Shown piece by piece: positions 40,734-53,267 of a stretch of DNA of 64,000 nucleotides. The first letter of the stretch is position 1. Each line of letters begins with the position of its first letter. A program made the position numbers and the translations under genes. Origin of the DNA: Phoronis australis (taxonomy: Eukaryota; Animalia; Phoronida); the NCBI GenBank assembly GCA_002633005.1, contig NMRA01000296.1, positions 98,232 through 162,231 on the forward strand. Direction: 5' to 3'. Below the pieces are notes generated by a model. It was not told the DNA's origin and ran no database searches. It worked only from the letters and a program-made list of their open reading frames with translations.

Positions 40734-41704
40734 GTGAGTTATGGTAGACCTAGTCTAGACCTAGACAATCGCGTTTTATTTTCAAATTTGGAGAGTTATT
40801 GACTTAAATTTACCATTATTCCCCTGGAACTTAATTTGTACTTTCAAACAAGCCTATATTACTGCCTGTAATCATTCTCATATTGATGACATTATGAGAT
40901 TTGAAGCAGCTAAAAACCTGCCTTTTGCCCAAAATGTTGCTTTTAATTTAGACCACTTACTGCTACAGAGCTCACCTGTAATTGGTCCTGACTCAATCTA
41001 AATGTGATTTCTGACATTGGTCACTTATTGTTTAGATGGACGTTATTGGTTTTATGGCTGAAAAATGTGTTTTTAGCATCACTGTTGAATAGTTCAGACT
41101 TCTTGAAGTTATTAGGTTTGACTGGAGTGTTGTAAAACAAGAAAATCTGTTTAGCTTATCTGATTTTATTTCAAATTGCCAATTTTCACGGTTGTCTGCC
41201 AGGCATTCACCGACTTCTGAGGCTGATTTCAGAAAATCACCTTTCTCGCCGATAATGTGCCTGTGTCTGCTGTATAAAATGACTAGCCAGACGTTCAAGC
41301 CTGGACTTGTTGATCCTGGTCTCACATAATATAACGAAGTGTCTCCTTAGCCCAGAAACCCCCTCCTAAACTGAGTAAAGTACAAGTTGAGATGACAATT
41401 AGTAATCCGTCGATAGACGTCGAGACCAGTTTCAAGGCAAAATTCTTTTTAGCCCTGAAATAACTTCTAGACTGTGTAACAAATCACACACCCATCAGTG
41501 TTGTATAAATTTGTTGTTTCATGCCAAGCTCAGCTTCATGAAAAATAAGTGGCCTAAATCAAAGTCATTTTCTAACAACAGTGGTTTTATGGCAATAGAA
41601 CTTTAAATCATTCTGGTGCAAATTCAGTTCGTCTTTGCATTAAGCAATCTTTGCCCCTGTATGTTAATTCATGTCATTAACCCAATCTTGTATTTCCCGT
41701 CTAG

Positions 41705-41863
41705 GTCGTTTGGCGTTGTCCTCTGGGAGCTGATCACGGGCGAGATCCCGTACAAGAACGTGGACTCATCGGCCATCATCTGGGGCGTGGGCAGCACCAG
41801 CCTTCTCCTCCCCATCCCCTCGGGGTGCCCCGATGGGTTCAAGCTGCTGATGAGGCAATGTTG
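41705..41863 (+). CDS. MAP3K13: DLK/LZK kinase coding exon 6 (C-lobe)
   Basis: [53 protein letters not shown]; 159 nt. Confidence 0.97.
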
Positions 41864-42173
41864 GTGAGTGATACCTGCATCTTAAGGAACTGTAAACAGT
41901 CTTTTGTGTGTTCCGAGTCAGTTAAATAATGCTAGAAATCTTGACTTATGTAAGGGTGACATTGATCATTCTGGGTTTTAAGGTTTTCTCTTATCTCTCC
42001 CATAATTCATCATTCTAGCATAGTTGTCCAATTGCTTTTTTAGTGGGGGCCGTTTTGTTAATGTGCGTTAGTTAGGGTTGTCATTTAAAGGCGAATTTTG
42101 ATAATGCTAGTTGAAGCGGAGGTTAAGAAACTACGACATCTTGCTCTTATTCTTCCTTTTCTCTTCTCCACAG

Positions 42174-42392
42174 GAGCACCAAGCCACGTAACCGTCCATC
42201 GTTCAAACAGATCGCACTACACCTGGATATTGCATCGCCAGAGTTGGAGAACATGCCTCCCGGTGAGTTCTTCGAGTCGCAGTACTCCTGGCGGGCGGAG
42301 ATCAAAGAGCAGTTCCGTCAGATCAAGAGCGACGGCACCCACATGCCGCAGCTGGAGGAGGAACTGATCAAACGAAGACGCGAGGAGCTCAG
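42174..42392 (+). CDS. MAP3K13: DLK/LZK kinase coding exon 7 (kinase end and first leucine zipper)
   Basis: Translated by hand in a frame not shown in the ORF track: STKPRNRPSFKQIALHLDIASPE...SWRAEIKEQF...LEEELIKRRREELR; long pyrimidine tract with CAG acceptor, AG|GTGAGT donor; 219 nt. Confidence 0.95.
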
Positions 42393-42585
42393 GTGAGTGG
42401 GTTGGGAACCACAGTCATGTCAGATACTTTGTGAAGAACCAAGGCTGTCGCTTGCACTGGCTGAACTGAAATGGGGGACTCGGTATTCATTGATGGTGCT
42501 TTTAAATAAAGGGTCCTCTTTTTGACGTATGAACAGATTGAGATTAGAAAGTGGTTCATCTGCATGGAGGCAGCTTTTGTATGAG

Positions 42586-42699
42586 AAGGGACCCACGTTA
42601 TTTACCTGAATGATAGGGGACCCACGTTATTTACCTGAATGATAAGGAACCCATGTTATTTACCTGAATGATAAGGGACCCATGTTATTTACCTGAATG
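42586..42699 (+). repeat. 29-bp tandem repeat, 4 copies
   Basis: aagggaccca(c/t)gttatttacctgaatgat x4. Confidence 0.92.
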
Positions 42700-43420
42700 C
42701 AGGCATCTTCATAGGGAGGTCACTTGCTTCATGTAGGACATATATTCAAACATGCTTTGTACTCGTGTGTTGAATTTTCTGGTAAAAGTACCTGGAGTCG
42801 TAGTTTGGGTCAGGGTGTAGCAGAAATGTAAGAGAAGTATTTTCTGGTTACTTAGTGAAATCAGGGGAAATCAGGGCTGCGTTCCATACATGCAACACAC
42901 TTATGGAATGTAAGCATTGAATTCCGGCATTTTCCTACAGTACGCTACTAACCTCCAGAGCATACGCTCAAAACACTCGCCTTTCACTTGCGTAGTTTGG
43001 TGTAATATAGCATTGTCTTACATTTTTGCGAGTGTCGTTTGTGGTGTGACTTGGGGTGGTGCAGGGTATTTGAAACATAGAGTTGTAGTGGTCTATTGGC
43101 AGAGATGGGGACGAATCTCTGTTGGCATTGCAGTTAACTTAAGACTGATAGGTTGAATGTGTGCCAAAGGATTTATGGTGAAGTTGGTTGACTGTGAAAT
43201 GGAAGACGTGTCTCTGTGAAGTTTTTGATTTAACAGTATACTGTGAAAGGTATGGTCTAGTTGAGCAAACATACATCAGTGGATGAAAATGAGCTTCATT
43301 CAGGTGAATTTGACGCATTATCCTAATAAGAGAAAGGGAAGATTACTTAATCAATGTAAGTCGTCTATGTTATAAATGATATTGTTTGTTGCTCATGTGA
43401 TCTCTTACTGCCCTCTGTAG

Positions 43421-43537
43421 GCATGCACAGGATGTACGTGAGCACTATGAGAGAAAGTTGGAGCGTGCCAACAACCTTTACATGGACTTGACCTCCGTGA
43501 TGCTGCAGCTGGAGAACAGAGAGAAAGACATCAATAG
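43421..43537 (+). CDS. MAP3K13: DLK/LZK kinase coding exon 8 (second leucine zipper)
   Basis: HAQDVREHYERKLERANNLYMDLTSVMLQLENREKDINR; 117 nt. Confidence 0.95.
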
Positions 43538-44518
43538 GTACACTCACTGTTTCCAATACATTCTCCCTAATTTTCTAAGTTGGGATCACACAAACTGCCT
43601 ATCACTTAAAGTGCACTGCATGCATATTTTTGCCACAGTGGGGTCTTTTCATAATCCAGTGTGAAGTCTATCTAAAGCCCTCCTGTCCTTAGTAACTTGT
43701 AACGAACAAAAGTCTGGTTGCTTAATGGTAACACCCGATGATGAGTTTTTAAATGTTGTTTTCATGGCTGTCATTAACCGTTGGAATGCGCATGTTTGTG
43801 GATTTTACAACTACCTGCCATAAGAAAAATATTGTTCGTGACAAAGTGAAAATTCATACAAAAATTCTCGCTTCATTTTTTCTGTAAAATTTTCCATCTC
43901 TGAATAGGAAGCTTTCTAAATACATAGTCATCATAAGCACTCATGCGTGTTTATTTTAACAATTTGTACATGACCCGATTGCCATTTCTGTTTTCATCAC
44001 TCTAGCCACTGTTTGTGTGTGTAAGACAAACACTGAATAGGATAGCAGAACACTATGACTGCTGACCAGTTAAAACAATATGATATCTGACACATTTAGA
44101 TTCCAGTGTTTCAGTTTAATTTGAAACAGATATTCAGTTTCCAAATAGATTTTGCCTTTAGTACATCGCCTAAGGTTAGATATTGGTAAAGTTTCTTTCA
44201 AAACACACTATGTCGAGATGACCAAACACAAATGGTTACCGCAATATTCCTAACTTTCCTGAATATAAGGTGATACCATTTTTTGGATATAAGTGCAGTC
44301 ATTACCTTATTGTCTTTTTCTACCAATCAGCTATGAACGGTGTCAAAGTAAAAAAATGAAATATCATGATTGACTGGCTATCAAGCCATTCCTTGAAAAT
44401 ATTGAACATATCATAAACTGAACAGCACTCGTAGTGTTCAAATGTGGTCTTTTAGTAAAAATAATGAATTTCCTTGGAAACCTTCAATATTGAGATACCC
44501 CCGAATGTTAGATCACAA

Positions 44519-44575
44519 GGCCACAGCCTTACATTCGAATATGGGCCCACAGCCTTACATTCGAATATGAGGCCA
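44519..44575 (+). repeat. Short tandem duplication
   Basis: ggcc(c)acagccttacattcgaatatg x2. Confidence 0.8.
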
Positions 44576-44756
44576 TGCGCAAATGTAAGGCCATGGTCTT
44601 ACAGTAGGATTTTACAGTATGCCTGAAGCAACATTAATCTAGTTATTGAAATTGCAGTGCAGGTCTTCTCTGTTACATCCGATGTCTTTGTACTGAAGTC
44701 TTAACTGAATGATTACATTTTCCCATTGCAATTCCCACTACTGCCTCCTGTTGCAG

Positions 44757-44900
44757 GAAAGAGCAGGCACTGATGCAGATTGCCAGTAAGGTGACAGCGG
44801 GTCGCAAGGGCATCCTGAAGCACACGATGAACAAGGCACAGGAGAAGTTCCAGCATCTGCATAAGAAGAAAGTTGTGAGCAAGGAGGAGACAACAACTAG
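44757..44900 (+). CDS. MAP3K13: DLK/LZK kinase coding exon 9
   Basis: KEQALMQIASKVTAGRKGILKHTMNKAQEKFQHLHKKKVVSKEETTT; TTGCAG acceptor, AG|GTGAGA donor, phase 2-2. Confidence 0.85.
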
Positions 44901-45239
44901 GTGAGAGGTCGTGAGGGTCACCAGGGGAGGTTGTAGCCATGAGCGCTGCAATTTTTAGATTCAGTCAGATCTCACCAGTGAATGAATGTAACATAAAGCT
45001 GCAGAAAGTTCTCGATACAATTTCTATTTTATGTAGATTTTGTCATTCATACTGGTTTGATGAGCGCTTTTGAACTATTTGAAGATAGAACTTATGTGTA
45101 ATTAACGGTTGTCTTCTTGGACTTGCCGTCGGGTCTAACAACATGAAACTTTTAGTTTTTAAGCTGGGAGGTTAACTGAACTGCAGGATTTACCAAACGA
45201 CAGAAAGATGATGTTTATGCCACAATTCTTGTTTTACAG

Positions 45240-46229
45240 CCCAGAGCCTGACGCGTCACCTAGAGCCGGCGCCACTGGCACTGTTCAGCCACTGGTGTCC
45301 CCTCAACCATCTCCGTCGAGACTGCGTGCTCGGAGGTATCGCCAACGACGCTTAGATAAAAGGAGTGTGTCCACCACAATCAGTCCGGTGTCCAGTCGTA
45401 AATTTCTTACCGACTTGGAGCCGGCAAAATCACCGGAGAAATCGGTGGATGTGTCTGGGGAGGTTGAGGTGGACGCCGAAACAGATGTACATGCTTTGGC
45501 TGAACATTTTCTAAATGCACGCTCACTAAAATACATGGGTCCTGGAACGGCCATACGTGAAATTGACATTAAGCACAACCAGGGCAGTTCAAATCGGAAT
45601 TCCAATGGAAGCAACTGCAATGACGTTTGTTTCGGCTGCGACGGAAGCTGCAGTGATGCCACCTGCAGTAGCAAGCGGTCGAGTCGCGTCAGTGCTGATG
45701 TTGAGAGCAATGCCTGTGATACGCCGTCAGGCTGCTTAAGCCCTGCCCATGGCCTCAGTCCGGCACACAGGCCAGTCGACGACAACGTGCGCAAAACCAG
45801 CAATCACAAGGTGTTGAAACCGTTGCCACAGAATGTCAACCGAGACTTGACGGACAGTCTGGATAGTGTGGAGAGCTTTAACAATCTTATGAACTCCAGC
45901 ATGGAGATGGACCATAACCAGAATACAGAGGCACCTAAGTTTATTGAACAAATAGATACGCAGTTAACCTGCACGGACAATAGGCAGGTGACCGAGACGA
46001 TTGGTGACACCAATCTTCCTGAAGTGCACCAGGCTGGGGTGAAGCGGAGTAGCACCGACTGTAGCCCGCCCACTTCTAAGAAGCATAACGCTGTGAGGAG
46101 GACGTACATGCGGGCAGCCAGCTCGGACATGGACTCCGATGGTAGGGATTGGAGGTCACTGAGAAATGGTGCCCGACAGCCGTCGTACGAGTCTGCTTCC
46201 GACGCTGATGAAAGTGAGATGGAAGAGTG
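45240..46229 (+). CDS. MAP3K13: DLK/LZK kinase coding exon 10 (large disordered Ser-rich region)
   Basis: 990-nt open exon within ORF 45208-46233; TTTTACAG acceptor, TG|GTAAGT donor, phase 2-2. Confidence 0.88.
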
Positions 46230-46881
46230 GTAAGTCGAGTGTTGGTGGATAATACAGTTTAGTACATTTATCCACTAAACGAAATAATTTCAAATCCTTT
46301 AATCTAAACTGCTCTGCACTTTCAATGTCAGATTACAATAAAGCACGACTTCACCCAGCCGTTCACACATAGGTCTTCTTAATGAAATCTATAACATTGC
46401 ACAAGCACACTGCTTTATACATTAGATGTCCTTGCTGAATTATGCCCAGCTTAAAATCTAATGTCGTTTGCCTTCTCAATGGTGGATATATATTATGGTC
46501 AGTGACACCTCCATCACTAGATAATGTATTGCACGTCATCTGTTAGATGTCCTCACTCCAAATGGAATACTTTCCAAAACTAGACAAAATTTCTTGATGA
46601 AAACAACAGGATCTTCTAAACAGCTTTTTTGAACTGTAACTGTATTCTTGAGTTCACTTTCCCGCAAAGTTTTATTCTAAGTTAGACACTTTTGTGGTAA
46701 CAATCCTCCGAATCCATCAGCTGTTATTTTTTCTCTTCTAAAGTTCTTACTTTTTACATTCACTACTTCTGATGAAACTAGTTAATTATGCCAAGAGTTT
46801 TTCATTTTTTGGGAACTGATTTCAATATTTTTGCATTCTGTCAGAAATTTGTTTAAATATATTTATGACTTTGTCCGACAG

Positions 46882-47110
46882 CGCTGTCCCTACAGAGTCT
46901 AGCCGAAGACATTCCGTGTTGAGTGACAATGAGGAGAACACCAGCGATCGTCTATCACAGGAAACTCCTAGCAGCATGTTGTCTTCGCGCAGCGCAGAGA
47001 ATTTACAGTTTGAACTGACCAACTGCTTGTCAGACGGGCTTAGCGACAAGGAAAACATCATAAAGAGGCTACGTAATAAAACAACGAATACCGCAGAAAA
47101 GCGATTTGAG
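46882..47110 (+). CDS. MAP3K13: DLK/LZK kinase coding exon 11 (contains SDGLSD)
   Basis: ...SDNEENTSD...SSRSAENLQFELTNCLSDGLSDKENIIKR...; SDGLSDKE is the conserved LZK/DLK-1L C-terminal motif. Confidence 0.9.
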
Positions 47111-47688
47111 GTAGATGTCATGGTGTCTGCATAAGGCCAAAAAATCTGGTTCTGATTTTAACCCCAACTCATTTTGAAATCTGCGCTTTCTGACTAAAAA
47201 ACACTCGCCCGCACCAATTTCAATCGAGGTCTTGTGTTATTTTGAAAAGCTGCACCAGAGGCACATAAACAAGAGTAAGCAATGTTTGAAACACCACGAT
47301 TTGCCAAGTGATGAGTAAAAAGCCAACCCTGTATCATTTTTGGTCGTCTAAGCTGGATTTTGATTTTTGAAAAAGTGAGCTTTTAACATAAAGCACCGGA
47401 CCAGAACTCTATTTTGAAAATATACAGAAACCAGAAATAACTATGTATAATAGTCATTCGTATGTTGTGTTCTATACAAAAGGATTTGTGACTGTAATGT
47501 CGTAGTTTTACTCGTGGTGGCCCTTTCAAATTGGATCAAGTTCTTTGGTTGGACAATTGTGGAATGAAAATGTTAGCATGCAGTTGAAATGAAGGGAACA
47601 AATGAATCGCCAAGTTCTAGTGGAAGGGGAGTCATTGCGTAAACTTGCATCAGTAATCTGTTTTAATGCTGATACGACTCTCTTACAG

Positions 47689-47817
47689 AATCCTATGATG
47701 TCGGATTCAAGTTCAGACTCCGACGAATGCTCAGATATCACAGTTAATTCTACCGTTCACCGATCACGATCGCGGAGTATAGAACGCCCATCTTGGCCTG
47801 GACAGTTGACCGACTAG
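47689..47817 (+). CDS. MAP3K13: DLK/LZK kinase terminal coding exon 12
   Basis: CTCTCTTACAG acceptor, phase 0; NPMMSDSSSDSDECSDITVNSTVHRSRSRSIERPSWPGQLTD*. The full model is 2982 nt (993 aa). The invertebrate gene is probably co-orthologous to MAP3K12 and MAP3K13. Confidence 0.8.
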   Translation, partial: NPMMSDSSSDSDECSDITVNSTVHRSRSRSIERPSWPGQLTD

Positions 47818-49648
47818 TTGTTTTGTTACAAACGCTGAGTTTTGAGAGAGTGTTTATTGAGGGAAGTTTTATGAGGTCATATTGAAACTTGAACCAGATC
47901 GGGGTGTTGATACAGTATTAGCCAAAAGTATTCATACACACAATGAGCCTAAATTACCCGTCATGACGGCTGGGCGGAAGCTGAATTTGTTGTTAGAGTA
48001 GTCTCCCCTGTAGACTGAGAATGAAGGGGAATTAACAGTCCAGTTAGTAAGGTGACTCAGTCATTCTGTGATTAGAATTTGCTACTCTAATCGTCACAAG
48101 CTGTAATTTTTGCTGTTAACAGAATTGGCCATTATGACGGGGAAAACGGTGTTTTGTTCAATTGCTTTTGTCTTGTACTGTAATTTGCAAAAAGCACATT
48201 GCCAGCACATTGCATTGTGTATGTGCCCATTTTATCAGAGGAAATATTCATGTTACTACAGATTTGTATATTTATTATTGTCTGTACTTAACATCGAAGT
48301 GTTTATCTGTGTGGTCTGGTCACGAGCGTCATCTTTATCTTGGTGTAAAGCTTGCATATACGGAAGCATATCTTGTACACGAGAAATATTTTTATTTGCC
48401 CACTAAATCCTAGGCTTCTGTAATGTGAATAGTTTGTTTATTGGTGTTTTCTGCTGTGAAAACCTTATCATGGAATGCTGTTAGCTCTGACAAAATCAAT
48501 CCAAGGTCTGATCATGCTTCAAAACAGTCCGCTGCTATAATTTTTTAACACTTGTTCAAATCTTGGTGGAAAATTGACAATAGTGTCATGGATAAGAAAT
48601 ACAAGCCCTTAACAAATCAGGATAATTAATGCTGCATGATTCCATTACATTTATGCTGCTTTGTGGATATCTTGAAGTCCTGAACTTCATATTTAGTGAC
48701 GTGGAATCAATAAACTGGACGACATTTATTTTGCATTTGAGAGAAGTCCACTCATTTCAGGTTAAGACATTGTTGAAAGTTGGTGGGTGTAACTTTAAGG
48801 TCCCTTGTTAAGGCGCGTTTTTGGAGTTGTAAGAGTTTCTCTGACCTTTGGGGTCAATCTTAGTACCTGTTCCAAGGTAACTTTTTGAATAGGTGTCAAG
48901 ACGTAAGTGCTGGATACATGTAGTATTTTTGGTGTCAATCTGTCATTTTTCATGAAGGACAGTATTTGCAAGTTTGCTGTCTCTGGTCTCGTTGGATTTT
49001 CAACAGAGACTGTTTTTTGCAATTATCGCTCATCTCATTGGTCGATTTTTGTGATGGGATTGAGGCGTGCTGTTTAGAATTTGTGTATCTAAGCTGTGAT
49101 GTCTCGTGTGGGATTGAGACTTATTTTGTCCACCGGCGCATTTGTTGAACTTACTTAACTTTTGTATTTGTAAATAAAAATGATCTCATGGATAGTAATT
49201 ATGAATATTATTCACTTGATATTTTTGGTCATATTAGTATTGTAGTGTCATTTAGTTGTTTTTTAATTGAACTCATGTCAATTAGCATTGTGATGTTTTG
49301 ATTTATACAATTAGACCAAAATCTTGTCTCACTGCAATTTTCAAACTGATCATTGGTTTGTTTAAATCAGTTTTACAGGTCAGCTTTAATAAAGGCTGTC
49401 AGATTTTTTTGTGAACATCGTCAAAGTGCTCCAATATGCGTACATGGTTCTTTCGCCGTCCTAGTGCCATTCAGATTGTCTCATTTTAAAATCATGTTGT
49501 TCATTTCTCATCTTTGTCAGAGCCCCACGCAATACGGGTTTTGTTTTAATTTACTCAATTATACATTTTTGTTTTGTTAGATAGCTATATTTTGTTGATT
49601 ATTTTGTGAATGAGCGTATGCATTGTCGCGTGTAAAAGAACTGGCAAA

Positions 49649-49654
49649 AATAAA
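49649..49654 (+). terminator. Candidate polyadenylation signal of the DLK/LZK gene
   Basis: AATAAA followed about 25 nt later by a GT-rich tract; alternatives at 49173 and 49388. Confidence 0.35.
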
Positions 49655-52600
49655 CATTGTCAATATAAAGATATTGGGTGTTATTTTCTACTAGGTTGTC
49701 TGTTGTAGTTCAGCTCTGGAAAAGTACAATGTTGTATTTTCATGAGAGAAGATTTGTGATGCTTGAAAAGTTTGTGAGAAGAAAATTATGCAAAAAGCCA
49801 TAGAGCATTATGTAGGACATTTTCAACAAGTCTGTGTTGAGCCAAATAACTAGATTTTCAGTAAAATGGAAAGTACAATGACTGTAGAATTTAATTTTTG
49901 ACTTAATGCTAATGTGCCATTAATTGGATCATGTGACCATGTTTTTTGTAAAATTTAGTAAAAAAATGTACATTCATGAGGGAAACGGCAGTATCAGTAA
50001 CATGGCCAAGTTTTGTTTGATACAAATATAAATAACATGAAATTTCAATAACACTTAGTTTTTTGAATTGTCATTTTTTTGTTTCCTGGAAGTTTGAGGT
50101 TTCTCCCATTAATTATGGAGTCTATGCAAAACTGGAACATTTTTAAATCAATCCCAACAGTCCATAAAACATTTGTTTTGAAAGTTTCTTATGCATCTGA
50201 TCAGCCAGTTCCGAGATATCCTACGTTTCGAAGTAAAATTGGGACATTTTTCTATTGTCCTGCCTACTGTATCTTTATAATGTCTAACAGTATGCAGTTT
50301 TAACATGAGAAGAACACTGCCTACCATGTTCATTGTACCTTACATGTCCCACTAAGCAAATTGTTGTAAACTCTTGCAAGCGGGATAACTTATAGAATTG
50401 CCTGTGTGGGCACGCGTATATGTGCCTCGATTTCAATGTTCATCATTATCTGGATACTTTTTCATGACAGTTGTTTAGTCCACACAACTATTTCTGCAAA
50501 ATAATTAAGTCTCACTTGAGCAAAAATGCTATTTTTTTAGAATATATACATGTTAACTCAAGATTCACATATTATTTATATAACTGCTGGTTAGATAATT
50601 TCTATAAACTATTCCTAGACTGGTATGCGCTCATAATTGCTTGACTAAATTTTTAATGCACAAAAGTCAGAGCGAATTTCTGTCTTTTTAGACTAGGTCA
50701 CTTTTATGAATCAGACCCCGGGTGGTTCAGCGAAACAGAAATTATGGCTGTTGTTTCAAAGTATACTAAACCCTGTTTTGATGATTTCAACCAATCGTTC
50801 TGTCACCTGCTAATGCATCATTGGGTCAGTCTTGAAAGATAAAAGAAGGAATCAACTAAAAACTTGATATATTCCCTATGTCACAGATTCAGTATTTGTG
50901 GTTCTTGGTGGCAGAGTGGTCTTTTTCCACAGTTGCCTTGCAATTTGCTAAGAACCTAGGTCATGCTTGCCCGTTTTCCAGACATCAAAAGGAGTTCTCA
51001 AATCTTCCTCCAAACCATTGACGGTTGTCGAGGGTTATAGAGCATTATTTTGTTTCAGGGGTCCCACGTTTTGAGAACAAGTTTTTTCCACTGAATAACA
51101 TGCATTGAACTTGTTATCAAAATCTGAGACCCTTGAGTGATGTACTATTTCCAAAGATTTTGTCAGTTTTGAAAACAATTGACTATACCTTAGCCACAAT
51201 AAATATTTAATTGCAATGTTGTGCATCAAATGAATCAATCATATTGCGACATTATTGATATCAACACATTAAATTGCATAAAGTATAATAATTTGCACAA
51301 TAAATTTCTGTGTAAATGGAATAATTGGACACAATCCACAATATTCTACATAAAACAATATTATTTAATTTGGCAGAGGAAAAAGATTTCGCTGTTAAAC
51401 TTTTCTTAGCCAAATTTCAGACCCCAGCACCAACACCCCCAGGACTTTTGTGGCTGATGACAAAAACCAAAAGCAAAGCTTGCCATTTGACTTATTATAA
51501 TAAAAACATCAACATTTTCCATTTAAGGTTATGCAAGACCATAGAAAAATATTCAGATCTGACTATCTCCATAACATTATATCTCAGAGATGCCTGATGT
51601 TTTCAGACAGTGATGCAATGTTCTCCAAAACACTTTTACGTATCGAGGAGCTAACAAAAACAATCTGAAGTTGCATACAACAAAATGCATTTAAGACAGC
51701 TGTAATGAGATCTAATCTTGAACACTTATGTCAAAAAAATTGATCGTGTTCTAGACACCAATGTTTTGCTGTCACCATACATTTAAGTTTCTTTTATGCT
51801 AAACTTTACTGAAGAACATGGTCATGTGATCCAAGTATTGTCAGATTGGTAAAAAGTCAAAAATCAAATTCTACAGGCTCACTACTTTCAGAAAATATGT
51901 ACTTTTATCGAGTTAAAATCAGATTCTGTACATTTGGCCAAATACATAGACTTGACAATAAGGTTTGACATAACCTAAAACAGAAACATCAAACTGCCAC
52001 TGAAGTCACATGACCTCATTAAAAATACACAACCACTTAAATCCAAACACAAAATTACAGTTCTTCACCATCAGTAGTATTGTGATTGAGCAATTTCCTT
52101 ATTTATCAACATAAAGTTTATACACTGAATGTAAGCACCACATTGATTTATTCTGCTGAACATCCCGCCCCGTACTTGTGTTCATGCACCTATGGGTAAA
52201 ACTGAGCACCTCAATACGGAATCAAGTGCATGTGCTCACAAGAAAGGCGCATAAAATAAATAAAACCAGCCATTAAAAAATCATATAAAGGACGCTTGCC
52301 TTATTCATTTCAAAATGGTAAATTGAACATTGAAGTACTGTCAATTTAACCATAGATTATAGACTATAGTCTATTATAAAGTATTAACAATGGAGAAGAG
52401 ACACATGAACATGCCCAATTTATACATACATTGCTTTGTATAATTCTAAGTATTGATTCTTTATAAACTCAGGAATTTAAATAATCTCCATAAAGATTGT
52501 CTTGAGAAGTGACACCTTACGCAGGTCTATATTGGATGACTGGCTGTCTTTGATGCAACTATTCTCTAACAACAACTGATGACAGAGGTCCACAATTTGT

Positions 52601-53088
52601 TTCTATCAATGGTGCAATGTCACCAATTTAGGACAAAACTAATTACCAAAGTTCTTCTCATAATTCAACTTTCAAAAGCTCCTAACTCTGAGGTGAATGC
52701 TCGCAGTTTTTCAAAATAATGACTGACGTAGCTAGTAAGTTGAATTTGAAAATGATTACATTCGGTGCCACCAATGAAAAATGCGAGGGAAGAAATCAAA
52801 TTCCACTTTTTCGCCATGTTCCATCCTAAATTGGGGAAATTTTACCACACATGCCACCGAAGTGATTTAAATGCATCAATATTTACACTGCTTTGCACAT
52901 TCGCCATGCGCCGACCCACCTGGGGTGGTCATGGGTTCCGCAGCCCCTACCGTTGTAAGGCTGCATTTGCGGAATTCAAAATTTGCCCAATGTCCATCCA
53001 TTGTCAGGCACCCTCCGGTCATGATACTGGGTCCACCCCTGCTCGGCCATTTATTGCTTCAGACTTCCATTTCTTATTAGAAACACGC

Positions 53089-53267
53089 CTACTCGACTTT
53101 TAACGCTGGTTTGCGGAACTTTTTTATGACAAGTCCCGGCAACATGGCTGTAATGGCCACAGCCAACATTTTTAACATAGTGTATGTAGTGAAAATATCA
53201 TTCACTGATGTTATAGATGAAAGTATGCATCCTGTTTCCACACAGATGAAGTTATACGGCATCAGGC
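53089..53267 (-). CDS. TMEM41A: TMEM41A terminal coding exon 5
   Basis: GLMPYNFICVETGCILSSITSVNDIFT...PGLVIKKFRKPALKVE*; the total model is 741 nt (246 aa). Confidence 0.93.

Noticed and set aside
45303-46130. Minus-strand ORFs of 166, 71 and 108 aa
   Set aside because: Antisense shadows of the GC-richer kinase exon 10.
47818-53088. Overlapping convergent 3' UTRs of MAP3K13 and TMEM41A
   Set aside because: The stops are 5.3 kb apart and candidate poly(A) signals (49649 on +, 52147-52152 on -) leave a gap; overlap cannot be supported from sequence alone.
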